A stretch of DNA of 64,000 nucleotides from Blastocladiella emersonii ATCC 22665 (GCA_025594325.1 JANHCV010000002.1:558001-622000), one strand, 5' to 3'; positions 21,901 through 34,359 are shown, counted from the first letter of the stretch. The notes: generated from the letters alone by a model not told the origin. Program-made: numbers and translations.

Positions 21901-24176
21901 GTGGACGGGACGCGGCGGTGCGACGTGCGCGATGAGTCAGCAGCTACCGCCGCGGGCGCGGGTGGTGGCGCATCACCACCGCCGGCGGCGGCGGCCGCGT
22001 CGGCGGGTCCCGCGAGCGTGACGAACTTGGGCGACACGTGCGCGTGCTGGTGGTAGACCGTGTGCTCGAACACGGACGTGAAGACGGGCCACGACGGGAG
22101 CTGGTCGCGATGATGCCGTTCGCGATGGTGACGGCGTCGCCGCTGCCCGCCGTCGCCCGTATCGACGGGCATGTACTCTGGCGCGCGGCGGCCGCGGCGA
22201 TTGCGGCAGCGAGGTGCCACGGCGGCCTCGACGGCGGGGGCGAGCGAAGAGAACCGGACGCGGGTGTCCGTCTCGTCAAACTCTTCCGCTTCAGACTCGG
22301 ACGAGGTCCATGAAGACGAGCCGTCGTCGTCGTCGTCGTCGTCGTCCGTCGTCGAAGCGAACCCGCGCTCGAGGTCACCGCCGCGCCGAGCGCCGCGTCG
22401 CCTTGTCGGCGAGCGGTAGCGGTTGCGCCGCCCGTTGGTGCGGATGGGGACGGGACCGAGCGGGACCGCCGAGTCGTCGGCGCCGTCATCCCCCGACTCC
22501 TCGCCGAGCGACGACCACGAGTTGTAGGCAAAATCGGACACGGCGCCGGAACTCGTATCGAACTCGGTATTGCGGTGCGCTGCGTTGGCGGCGACGGGCG
22601 AGGCGGGGAGCGGCGCGCTGCTCCGGACCCGCTCGAGGGCGACGCCCTCACCCACATCCACGCCCGCGCCCGCGGGGACCGTCGGCGGGTCAGACAAGAC
22701 CCGTCTGAAATGGCGGTGTCTGCGGCGGAACCGGCGTCTTAGCCTTCTGCGCTCGGCGAGGGCGCGCTGGTCGTAGGTCATGTGGTAGAGCGAGAGGGCG
22801 ATACCGGCCGCGAAGCTCATCTTGTAGACGGTGAAGGCGACCGTGTTGACGATGGCGAGCGCCGCGCCCTCGGCGAGGAACGGGTACGTCAGGGCCATGG
22901 TGACCGCCGACACGGCCGACAGGACCGTGTTGTGCAGCGAGGCGCGCAGGACGTGGCCGACGCGGGCAATGGACGAGGTCGCGGGGCGCGTGAGGCCCGC
23001 AGCAGCCGCGGACTGCTGGTGGTACTTGAGCTGGGCCGCCGTGGCCGCGGCGACAGCGACACCCGTCGCGTCCTCGCCCGACGCAGCAGCGGCGGCCGCG
23101 ACCATCGCCGCCGTGTGCCGCGCATGGCGGCGGCGCTGGTCGGCGGCGTGCCTGCGCCAGCGGACGCCGAGCTTGTAGACGAAGGCGGCCGAGAGGATGA
23201 GGACGGTGAGCGCCTGGGCGGACCCGTAGACGGACCCAAGGGCCGACAGCCACGCGCGCTGGGGCGAGCCAGCGGGGAACGGGTCGAGGATGGTGATGAC
23301 GGTCATGACATGCACCGCGATCTGCGCGGCCGCACGCGCGGCGACGAGGATGGCGACGAGCGGGAGGACGGTCCACTGGGCGCGGCGCGAGCGGAAGACG
23401 CGCGAGAACTTGTAGAGCAGGGCGAGCTCGCCGGCGGACTGCGCGGTGAAGGCGCACAGGAAGTTGACGGACCGCAGGGCGATGGTGACGGCGGTCCACG
23501 CGGCGCGGGTGGCCGGGGACGCGGGCGGGGCGACCGACCGCGCGGCGGGCGGGAACAGGAACAGGTACGGCAGCGCGGCGGTGCAGTACAGGTTGCCCGC
23601 GGTCGCGAGCAGGAGGACGTGCGTGAGGCGCGTCAGGCGCGCCCGCCGCCGCTGCGCCGAGGAGACCGAGGGCGGCGTCGCGTCGGCATCGTCGGTGAGT
23701 ACGGCGGTCGTCGCGGGCAGGAGACGCGAGTGCGACTCGTCACCATCCTTGCGCAGGTCGTGGCGGTGTGGGGCGGCGGGCCGGACGGGCTCGATGGTGG
23801 GCGCGAGCTCGGCGGCTGCGGGTCCGCTCGGCGCGTCCGTAGCAGACGCGTCCGTCGGTGCCGCGGGCGTGTGCGGTTCTGGTGGCAGATGGTGGTGGAG
23901 GTGGGCCACGTCGGCGGACGGCGGCGACCTGCGCGCGCTCCGCTTGACGGCAGCGGTAGCGGGCGATGCGGGTGCCCGTGGTGGCGGCGCCGAGTGGCGA
24001 GCGACCCAGCGCAGGGCGACGGACATGGCGACGAGGACGGTGGCGAGCAGGACAAAGACGTATCCGGCGACGACCGACTGGCGGAACAGGCCCGAGACGA
24101 CGAGGTCGGTGGGCCCGACCGAGGGGGCCGCCGGGTCGGCCGCCGCTGTCGTTGCCGTTGCCGAGGAGGAGGACAT
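18987..24176 (-). CDS. Hybrid histidine kinase: about 7 TM segments - GAF-like - HisKA - HATPase - degenerate REC - REC; introns at about 20952-21013 and about 20755-20815; start approximate
   Basis: KSTFLANMS|HEIRTP H-box across an intron; LRQIFNNLLSNAIKFT, VDTGCGI, FEQSD, GGTGLGLSI; REC VLVVDDN...VFMDVRMPVMDG...KP; LPVHFNGRKLGVLAL GAF-like strand. Confidence 0.92.
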
Positions 24177-25366
24177 CAGCGAGGGCAGAGAGGCGAGGAC
24201 GCGGGAGCCGGCCGGGGTCGGCGGGCAGGTCGGCGGTCGGCGGGGCTGTCTGCTGCATGTCAACGCGAAGGTGAGCATCCCCGTCAGCGAAGCACACCCC
24301 AGAGACCGAGGCACAAAAGCGAGGGCGCGGACCGAGCGGGGCCAAGGCGCGAGGCAACGATCGAGTCCGCGTTGCGATCAGTGCCGGTGCCGGCGTGTGC
24401 TGTGCCAGAGTTGGCGGAGAAGGACGAGCTGGGGCGAGCGAGGCGGCGGGCCGAGACTCGGGTGCGAGTGCGGGCACGGGTGCGAGCGAGTGGAGCCAGG
24501 GGGTCCGTCGTTCGTTCGGTCGGTCGGCCGGTCGCAGCGCGCGCAGTCGCAGTTGTCGCAATAATAGGCGGGGACGGGGCGCGAGAGGAGAAGAAGAAGC
24601 GCAACGGCGCGAGCAGGCAGCGGACGGGCGAGGCGAGGCGGCGCGTTCTCCGGTCGCCGTTCCGTGGCGCGCTCGTGTCGGCGGGGGAGGGGAGAGAGCG
24701 CACGGCACGGCACGCGACCGTGTGTGCCGGCGGATCAACGGGCCTCGCCTCGCGCCCACGTCTGATTGCTTCCGCCCGCGTGCCCGCGCGGTTGGCGCAG
24801 CGACGGCGCCGCGTCGATGGCGCCGAAGTGAGATCGAGCGTCCGCTCCTGCAAGCAAAGCGACCCCCGCCACGACGGCGAGCGACTTCGCGTTCGAGACC
24901 GCAAGGTCGGCCCTGCCTGGGCCCTGCCTCTGCGTGCAGGCAGCCCTGATCCGCCACAGCCGGAGCCCTCAGTCGGGGCATCCGGATAGCTATTTGTTGT
25001 CTCTGAATATGTCCCCGATCTTCGGTATATAAACCGCGACCCTTTGTTGGTTCGACAGCTTCCTCTCTCTGAATACCTCATATCGTATATCAAGGGGCTC
25101 CGTCCTGTATCAAGCCCGCCGTCCCGTGAGCGCCACGTGCGGCCGTGCGTCACCGGTCACACGCGCCTCGTGTGGCGTGTCGCAGAGTTTTGCCGCGTGT
25201 TTATCTCATCTCTTCATCTTATCTGTCGCGCCGCTCTGCTGCACGCCCATCCATCGCATCGCCCGCGCCCCGCCCGCGCCCCACCCGCGCCCCGACGCGC
25301 TACAAAAGCCCGCGCGCGGACGGACGACCCGCCCTCTCTCCTTCTCCCCAAGCAGCAAAAACCATC

Positions 25367-26455
25367 ATGCCGACCTGTATCTGCCCGCCGAACCCGGCCG
25401 ACGGCTCCCCCGCGTCGCCCTTCTTCTCGCGCTTCTTCGGCGAGTGCATCTACACTCCGCGCCAGTCGCTCGCCATGGCCGCGGGGCTCGTCTCGATCGC
25501 GCTCTACGGCCTCGCGCTGCTGCCGCAGTTCCTCACCAACTACCGCCGCAAGACCGTCGCGGGCCTGTCGTGGGGCATGTTCGCCATCTGGACCGTCGCC
25601 GACCTCTGCAACACGGCCGGCGCGTACCTCACGGACCAGTTTGCAACCCAAAAGTCGACGGGCATCTTCTTCATCATCACCGAGGTCGCGTTTCTCGCCC
25701 AATACGTCTACTACCAGCACCTGTACCAAGGGCCGCACTACGACGGCCACCACCAGCCGATCGGTGGTGTCGAGTCGCCGGCACCCGCGCTCCTCGCGCC
25801 GCCCGCGTCGCCCAAGCCGCGCGTCCCGCACTCGCGCGTCGCGTCCGCCAACTCGGCCCGCGACTCGCCCGTCCCGCTCGCGTCCGATGAGACGGCCCCG
25901 CTCCTCGCCACCGCCACCGCCGACGCGCCCGCCACCACGTCGTACCTCGCCGCCACGGCCCACGTCGCCTTCGTGATCGCCGCCGCCGCCGCGCTCTCCT
26001 CCACCTCGTCCGCGATGCCAGCATCACCCTCGCCATCATCCACCACCGGCGTCCTCGCCCCGACCCTCCTCCCGCCGGGCCTGCCGTACTGCAACGCGCC
26101 CGCGTCCCTCTCCCCGGAAGCCATGGCCGTCGGGTCGGTGCTGGCGTGGGCGTCGGGCATGCTGTATTTCTGCTCGCGGTTCCCGCAGATCTGGCTCAAC
26201 TACACGCGCCGCAGCGTCGAGGGCGTGTCGCTGTCGCTCTTCTCGATCACGCTGGCCGCCAATCTGCTGTACGGGTTCGCGGTGCTGCTGCGCGCCGACG
26301 AGATCGCGGTCGACAAGTTCGTGTCCTCGACGCTCCCGTTCCTCGTCGGGTCCCTCGGCACGCTCGCGAGCGACTTGGCGATTTTCGCCCAGGCCTACAT
26401 CTACCGCGGCCGGCCGCATTGCGAGGAGGTCGTGGAGCCGGTGCCTGACGCGTAA
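25367..26455 (+). CDS. PQ-loop (Ypq1/PQLC2-like) vacuolar/lysosomal amino-acid transporter
   Basis: Two PQ repeats: ALLPQFLTNYRRKTVAGLS and SRFPQIWLNYTRRSVEGVS. Confidence 0.9.
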   Translation: MPTCICPPNPADGSPASPFFSRFFGECIYTPRQSLAMAAGLVSIALYGLALLPQFLTNYRRKTVAGLSWGMFAIWTVADLCNTAGAYLTDQFATQKSTGIFFIITEVAFLAQYVYYQHLYQGPHYDGHHQPIGGVESPAPALLAPPASPKPRVPHSRVASANSARDSPVPLASDETAPLLATATADAPATTSYLAATAHVAFVIAAAAALSSTSSAMPASPSPSSTTGVLAPTLLPPGLPYCNAPASLSPEAMAVGSVLAWASGMLYFCSRFPQIWLNYTRRSVEGVSLSLFSITLAANLLYGFAVLLRADEIAVDKFVSSTLPFLVGSLGTLASDLAIFAQAYIYRGRPHCEEVVEPVPDA

Positions 26456-26548
26456 CCCGGTTGTGTTTGTGTTTGCATACCCTCCTCTATGAAACCCGTT
26501 GCTAGCTGATAAACCCCCCACCTTTGAGCAATTACGACAATCCACTTT

Positions 26549-27281
26549 TCACTTGAGATAACACACGGCGTGCAGCATCGCAAACGGCACCTCGCCCTTC
26601 CCCCCGCGCGCCGCCTGCACCGCGCGCAGCGCTGCGGGCAGGTCCGCGTCCAGCTCCCCCTCCTCCCGCGCCTCGAGATCCCGCACCAGCGCCGCAATCG
26701 CCGCCGCGCCGACCGCCGCGTCCGCCGCCGTATCCCGGATCTCGAGATTCACGACGTGCACGGGCCTTACCGCGCCTTTCGGCAGGACGCGCTGCGCGTC
26801 GTCGACGACCGCGTCAAACACGCGTTCCTCGCACGTCAGGACCACGTCAAAGGCGTCCGCGCCCGCGGCCGCGGCGCCGCGGTCCTGCCACCGCTGCGGC
26901 GCACGCTTGATGCGCTTGTTGCGGTCGAGCATTGCCAGCAGGCCGTTCGTCGTGTACAGCGCGGCGTCGCGCGAGCGCAGGTCGCTGTGGATCGTCTCGT
27001 ACGCGGTCCCGAACTCGTACACGTTCGGCTTGTCGATGGACGGGCCGGGGAGGCGGACCGCGGAGCCGGTGCCGAAGGAGGCGACGCGGAAGCCGAGTTC
27101 TCTACATTGTCAGGGCTTGAGTCGGGTGTGTGGGGAGGGACGCAGGAGTAGGGCCGTACTGCAGCATCAGGTGCGCGTGCATCGACCGGTTCATGTTGCT
27201 CGCGCACACCACGGCGTAGCGGTACTTGCTCTGCGGTTGCGCCTTCTGCGGCTTCGGCGCGGCGCCGTCGGACGGATTCAT
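26549..27281 (-). CDS. SSU72: RNA polymerase II CTD phosphatase Ssu72 (one intron, about 27102-27160)
   Basis: VVCASNMNRSMHAH catalytic motif; SFGTGSAVRLPGPSIDKPNVYEFG; LTCEERVFDAV. Confidence 0.95.
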
Positions 27282-29346
27282 TGCATAGAGTGGGGTCCCC
27301 GGGTTAACTGATACGTTGTGCAGGTAAGGCGAGGGGAGTGGGCCGAACTCAACGCCAGCAAGGCGTCTCGCCGCGCTCGCGGGTCAGGGACACGGGGGCG
27401 TCACGCGCAGATGATACACACGTCTGCATTGCTTAATCCGGCAAGCCCATCAGAAATCGTATCATCACCTCTCAACGATGGTATGACGCGTGTCACGATC
27501 CGGGAGAGGACGGCACCGCGCTCGTCGGCAGGTACATCGACGCGTCGTCGTCCCGGCGAACAGCGTGGACCTCGGCCGCGCCAGGACGCAAGAGCTCGTC
27601 GTCGTCGATCGCAGCGGAAGCTCCGAGAAGAACGAACTTATCGTTATCCGCCGCCGAGCAACCGGGAACGCCGAGCTGCGCACCATCGGCGACATCGGAG
27701 GTCGCGGGCGTCAACTAAGCAACGGGTTTTATGTCCAAGCCGCGCGCCAGCGAGGGCCTGGACGTACGTGTCTTGTAGCAGTAAACGAGGACCGTAGCGA
27801 TAAAGACTAATTCATGTGCGTAGTAGGCACTTCTCGCTCGCCACGCAACGCGGCGACACGAACGCACGAACTATGGCAGCCGCGGTGCCAGACAAACCGA
27901 TGAGAAAGCGAGTCGACGGTCCTGTCCTGGCGCAGTAAATGTTGGCGGCGAGGCTGCCGGTGTGGGGCCAGGAAATTGGCCAGTGTGGCAGAGACATCGC
28001 GAGCACGAGGGCCTTGCTTGACTTTGCGTAGCGTGCCGACTCCGTCGACTGTGTGGGATTCGATGAGTGTGTATCTGAGCGTCGTGTACGAGGAAACGTT
28101 GAACGCCTGCCGAGACGACCTTGGCCGAGTCCACCCACCAGCACAGCGTCCCCGGCGCGCTGGGCGCGGCGGAAAAGCCGGTCGAGATACAATCGCGCCG
28201 GTACGCGCAGTTTGAAAGCAACCATCGAGTCCTTGGACGCGTTGAAGTAGACATTAATCGTCGCGAAAGCGGGCATTTTGAGGGTTCTCAGACGCACGGG
28301 GTCGCGATGACGATCGAGTCGCACGCGAACGAGGGCATATAGAAAAATATACACTCGACCTTTCTCCGATATGGTGTCGATCCACGCGCTGCTGGGCTTC
28401 GCGGGAAGCGCACGCGTGATGGCGGAGGGCAGCAGTGAGGTTCTTGGACTCGTGCGAGTTGAGCGCGCGCCAACAACACACATCGAACTCAACTGAAAGC
28501 CCGTGCAAGTGTGCTCAAATCCAACTCTGGGTTGCCAAGCAACAGTAGATGCGACGGCAGGCCAGGAAGCACGAGCAGAAGGTGCGCGCCCTGTCGCCAA
28601 GAAACACGCCGTCGACCAGGCGGTCGGCGCGCAGGTGCCGCTCGCTGGAGCCGTCGTGTGTGTCGGCCAAGGCTTCCGTGGGCTACTCGTCGTGGCTGCG
28701 CGCATGAAGCGAGCAGCATGTCGCTCACACGCGGTTGTGAGCCGCGTCCTTCAGAGGGCCTAGGCGCCCGCCCACCCGCTGATGCTCTCGCCGACTGCCA
28801 GCCGGATATCAAGCTCAACCGTTGGACCAGCCGCGTCAAGCTGCACAAGGTGCCGGTTCGGCCAGCATGCTCCGGAGTGGGGAACGCTTCAAGGCGCTCG
28901 AGCTGCGCGACGACGGCGAGCTCGCGGCACTCTGCGACCTTGACGCCGTGGACGACGGACGCGCGTCGCCAACAACTGCTCTCGATGGTCGCGCTGCACG
29001 ATGCAGACTGCATGTGATTCATCTCGGCCAGGTGATGCAAGAGCAACGGCAGCGGCGCGGAGAGAGGAGTGGCGTGCGACGGCGGAGCGCCACTTCGACG
29101 GAGACCGCCGCCGCCGCGCCGCCGCCGCCACCGTTTCTCGACGTCGCCGCCGACCTTGGTTGCCCGCCCCTACGTACATGAATCTCGACGCCCGCGAATA
29201 GTACGGTCCCTGCCACTCGGCGCAGCGCGACCTGCGGGCCCAGAACTGACCGCCTCCGGCGTTTCCAGGACCTCCCAAGACGAACTCGACCAACACTCGC
29301 AACATCACATACCCTCCCTCTCATCTCTACAGTCGCCGCCGCCGCC

Positions 29347-32300
29347 ATGTCGCGCCCCGATTCGCCGAACACGTCCATCGACCGGGTCAAGTTTGATCTG
29401 CAGCGCTCCGTCAACGAGCTCGGGCTCGAGAACGAGGAGGTGCGCTTCCCCCGCTTCTTCCCTCTCAGCCGATCCCCCCCCCCCCCTTCTCACCTTTCAA
29501 ACCCTTCACTCCGTAGCTGCGGACCAAGGTCGACCAGCTCGTTGAGGCCAACTCGGTCCTGTTCGACGAGAACGAGCACCTGCGCAAGACGTGCGATGCG
29601 CTGCGGTCGTCGCACAACCGCAGCCAGGGCCTGCTCGAGCTGCGCGACGAGGAGATCCGCTCGCTGCGGTCCCAGCTCGCGCGCGCCGCGCAGGGCGGGC
29701 CCGTCCCGCCCGTCTCGCCCGTGACCGCCGGCTTCGCGCTGCTCCAGCCCGTCCCGCCATTGCCACCGGGCAAGCGCGCCGCCGCCGCCGCCGCGGCCGA
29801 GCGCCAGCAACAACAGCAGCGGCAGCAGCTCCAGCAGATGCAGCAGCAGCAGCAGTCGACGTCCCCGTCGCGCGCCGCGAGCCGCCGCGGGTCCATCAAG
29901 GACGACCCGGGCATGGCGGCGCAGCTCCGCGCGTCCGGGTCGCGCCTGTCGCGCATGCTGCGCCTGCAGCAGGAGCTCGTCGGGTCGCTGCGCGACGAGC
30001 TGCAGCACCTCGCCGAGACCGAGAAGAAGCGCAAGCTGCGCCGCCGCCAGAAGCAGAAGAAGCTCGAGTCCAAGCTCAAGCGCGCCAGCATCCGCCTGCA
30101 GCGCGTCGGCGAGGGCGCGGGTGCCGACGAGTATGATGACGATGACGACGACATGTTCGCGCCAGTCCAGCCCCTGTCCCCGCACGGTGGTGGTGCCGGC
30201 GGCCTCGTCGGCGAGCTGGATGACGACGAGGATGACGACGAGGACACCAACTCGCGCTCCGACATCGACTCGCCGACAACGCCGATCCACGCGTCGCTCG
30301 CGCGCACGCACCAGCTCATCGACGCGCTCGAGCGGCTCGCCGAGAGCGTGCAGGTCGAGGTTGATGCCACGGTGCACGCGCAGCAGATGGCGCAGGAGGA
30401 CCGCGTCGGCCGCCTCGAGTCCGAGGTCGTGACCGCGCGCCGCCAGCTCGAGACCCTGCAGGAGGAGGGCACCAAGCTGCGCCAGCAGCTCGACCAGGTC
30501 ACCGTCACGGCGCGCCACCACGCGCGCAGCGTGCAGGCCGCCAACCTCGAGGTCGCCCGCACCACGGCCGAGCGCGACGCCGCGCGCACCGCGCACGACC
30601 GCGTCGCCCGCGCCCTCAAGAAGGCCGAGGACGAGGTCCGCGTCGCCCGCGACGAGAGCTTCCGTCTCCGCCGCAAGGTCGCCCTCGACTCGGCCGAGAT
30701 GGACCGCCTGCGCGTCGACCTCGACCGCGCCAAGACCCGCCTCCGCGAGGTCCAGCAGTGGCTCGGCGTCGCGCAGACCCCGAGCGCCGCGGGCTCCGAC
30801 GCTGGCGGGCTCACCACGGCCGGCGGCAGCGACGACGGCCAGCAGGCCGAGCGCAGCGATGCCGGCTCGCGCCGCTCGTCCGTGTCGATCGGCACCATGA
30901 CGTCGCCCGCCGTCGCTGCAGCGACCCTCGCCAGCATCCGCGCCACGCGCATCGGCGCCGGCAGCCCGGGCTCGCTCGAGCTCACCCGCGCCGGGTCCCC
31001 GGCCAGCGGCAGCTCGCGCCCGACGTCGCTCCTCCTCGCCGCCGCTGCTGCCGCGGGCGCTTCTTCGGCCAACGAGGCCGGGTCTAAGTCGGTTGACCGC
31101 CTCCCGCCCATGCCCGAGCCCGTCGACCGCGCCGCGCTCAAGGCCGAGCTGGCCGCCGAGCTGGCGCCACACGTGGCCGCGCTCGAGGCGCTCGCCGCCA
31201 AGCTGCACGCCGCGCCGGGTCTCCCGGACCTCGCGGTCGTCGCCGAGATCAAGCTCGTCACCGAGAAGGTGACCCGCGTGCAGGTCGCGGGCCAGGTGCG
31301 CGAGGCGCTCGCCGACCTCGCGCACGCGCAGGCGGTGCTGCGGCGCCACGCGGCCGAGGTGCTCGAGGCGCGCGAGGCCGTGCGCGTGTCGCGCGCCGCG
31401 CAGGACTACTTGGTGTCAGAGGTCGACCTGCTCAAGCGCCTCGTCGAGAATCAGGGCTCCGCCAGCACCACGACCGACCGCGTCGCGTGGGGCGAGTTCC
31501 TGCTGTCGGAGCTCCGCCGCCTCGTCGTGCAGAAAAGCCGCGCCGCCGGTGCGGCGGCCGCGAATGCCGGCGACGCGACCGAGGCCGCCGAGACCGTGAT
31601 CGCGGGTCCCGCCACGACCGTGGTCCACGCGCCCGTCGCGATGCTCGCGGGCCACTCGTCGCTCGTGTCGGTGCCCGTCACGCCCACGTCCGAGGCGGCG
31701 CCCGGCGGGCGGTCGTTCGAGGACCTGGCCGGGATGGCAGGCCAGATCGCCGCGCTCGAGGACGAGGTCCGCACGCTCACCCAGTACATTTCGTCGATCC
31801 TGCACCGCGTCTTCGACAGCGGCGACGCGCTGCTCGTCGAGAGCGTCCTGTCGCGCCGCGAGCCCGGGACGCCCAACTCGCCGACCAGCCCCGCCGGCCA
31901 CGGCGGTGCCAGCAGCAGCAACAACGCGCGCCCGCAGTCCGGGTCCGGCTGGGGCTCCGCGTGGCGCGACCTCGCGTCCGGCCTGCTCCAGGAGGCCAGC
32001 CGCCGCCGGTCCTCGCGCCTGTCGCAGACGGGCGGCGGCGGCGACGTGAGCCCGGCCCCCGCGACCGCGGGTAGCTCCCCCGCCGCCCCTCCCCTCGCGC
32101 CCGTCGCCGAGGACCGCGACGTGCTCCCGGGCGTGTGGTCGACGCCGCCGCGCGCGGCCGCGCGCCGGACCAACAACAACAACGCCGCGGGCAGCAGCCA
32201 CCTCGCGACGCCGCCCGCGTCCTCGCCCGAGCCGCCCGGCGACGACACGCCCGCCGGCGCCAAGTCGCCCAGCGCCAACAACAGCGGGCGCCGCAGCGGG

Positions 32301-32498
32301 CTGTTCCGCCTGTTCACGTCCGCCGCGCCGTCCCCGCCGCCCACGCCGTCCGAGTCGCCCAACAAGGTCGGCGGCGATGGCACCGAGGAGGCCGGGACCG
32401 CGAACCGCCGGCGCAAGAGCTTCGGGTATCTCCGCGTATCGGCCGCGCCCCAGGCGGCGGCGGTGAGCGGGACGTCGCCGCCGCCGACTCCGCGGTAG
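29347..32498 (+). CDS. Large coiled-coil protein with a C-terminal Rab11-FIP RBD-like helix; intron at about 29440-29516
   Basis: Strong codon bias, heptad-rich segments, LTQYISSILHRVFDS motif. Confidence 0.75.
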
Positions 32499-32828
32499 AG
32501 TGGGCTTCTCGCAGCAGCTGTAAACGCAACTCCTCATTCTCGCGCATCCCTCCAACATCATGATCATAGAACGCAATCACAGAGTACATTTTTTGTTGTC
32601 GTGGGTACTTCGCGTGCGTGGCGACGATGCAACGGCTGCGGCACAACCCAAGCAAGCGAAGACGTCGTGCCGCGTCAAGCGCTCAAGCTGAGCCGCCGCA
32701 AGCCGACTGCTGGCCGTCGGATCCCTCCTGCCGACCGGTATGAGCGAGGATCGCTTTTCGATCGCTTATTCGCGTTCGGTGGCCGGTTCTCCACGGCGCA
32801 AATGCACGCGGCACCAACCAACGTCGGT

Positions 32829-32851
32829 GAGACGCGTCGATTTATCACGTG
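32829..32851 (+). promoter_or_regulatory. Motif 2 copy (GAGACGCGTCGATTTATCACGTG) 107 bp upstream of the ORF at 32958
   Basis: ACGCGT-N8-CACGTG. Confidence 0.6.
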
Positions 32852-32957
32852 GTGTGAGACACACGAGGGTTGATGATCACCGCCGCGCGTTCCCGCCGCC
32901 ACGTCAAGTCCGCTGAACCGCTCGCGCTCTCAACCCCACCATCCATGTATCCCCAAA

Positions 32958-34076
32958 ATGGAGCAAAACTCGATGCAACGGACTCAGGACAACACGGGGT
33001 CGGTCTTCAGACTCAATGTTACCGCAGTCTTTGAGTCGGTCCTCGTTCATGCCGTCCGCCTGCATCCCGCTGGCGAGAGCTCTGCGCTTCTTGCACCTTA
33101 TGCCCGAGTCCTGCCGCGCCGCGATGCGCCGCCCCGCGTCTTTGGTGCGATTGTTGACCGTGCCCTCGCCAACCTGGATCTGCGCGAGACCATCTCCCGT
33201 GGGAAACTCGCGCCGTTGCGACTCTGGCACGCGGCTGGCCATAGCTTCCCCTCGAACTTCGGCGCTGAGCGCGGACGCGTTGCGCCACATGATAGCTGTG
33301 ATCGTTAAAGTGTGTGACGCACGTGGTGGCGTTCGACCTTCTCACATCGCTTTCGCGGTCAGCCCCCGTCCCGGGTCGCGGCGACGTTCTCTCCTCCCTG
33401 CGTAATCATCCACTCGCCACGCCTTCCTTCCGAAACTCCATGAAATCGGATGAACTCGACTGCCGGAAAGTGATGCCTCCGTTCATCCAGTCGTCCCTCA
33501 CCAAGGTGTCGACCTGCTCCTTCGCCGCGGTGCACCAGCCAACGATCGGCCAGCTTCTTGAGCCAATCTCGACGACTGTGTTTGAAAACGACCAAGAGAG
33601 CTCCTTGCATTTCGTTAGACTGCGGATCGCAGAGGCACTGCTGGACGAGAACGCCGCTGCGAAGTTCGGCACGGCCCAGCTTGCTCGCTGGCTCGAAGCG
33701 AACATTCAGTCCGCAACGGATTGCTTGCAGGTTGGGATCGCTGTTCTTGGTGACCTCGACGAGTTCCTTGTCGTCGAATACGCACCAATCCTCGGAGATC
33801 TGGCTGACGTGTGCCCCCCTGTCCAAGCTCGCTTCCACCGATCGGGCCGCAACGAGATTGCGAGTCGCCGAATATCAGAACAAGATCGATGCCTTCGCTG
33901 GTCTTGTTGATGGATTGCTGAGCGAGGCACTCGTGACTGCACAATCAGACCTTGGCGCTTCACCGGCCACCGTGTCCAGGCTCAACTACGAGTTCAAGCG
34001 CTTCGAGGCGGCCATTGAGCTGCTTCTTGAGCATTGTGGTGCCGTGGCAGCAAGGGCACACGGCCGTTTCATGTAG
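32958..34076 (+). pseudogene. Fragmented accessory gene of unknown family (ORFs 32958..33308, 33314..33910, 33558..34076)
   Basis: Successive protein-like helical reading frames in different phases, in a lower-GC island. Confidence 0.4.
33275..33298 (+). promoter_or_regulatory. Motif 1 variant (ACGCGTTGCGCCACATGATAGCTG)
   Basis: 16-nt exact match to the motif 1 core. Confidence 0.5.
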
Positions 34077-34359
34077 TAAGCTGTCCCCTCAATAGAATTT
34101 TCGGCTCTTATAGAATGCCCCATCGTTGGGACAGGAGGGGAGTGCAGAACGACGCGAAAAACGCGCTTCGAGGTGGCTCAGCGACCGGTCAGGTGACATC
34201 ACCGGGCCTTGAATGCGCCCACGCAAGTTGCGCCATCGCGCCGTCGCGCCGCCGCCGAGCGTTGCTGACTGAGCAGCTGGCCCGTCGCGAGATTGGACTC
34301 ACACACGGCCCGAATCGCGGCTCCCTACCCCACACTCTGTGCAACGCATCAACTCCACC

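Noticed and set aside
25040-25075. GGTTCGAC T-loop-like sequence
   Set aside because: No cloverleaf, acceptor stem or A-box could be built; it lies in the HK/PQ-loop divergent promoter
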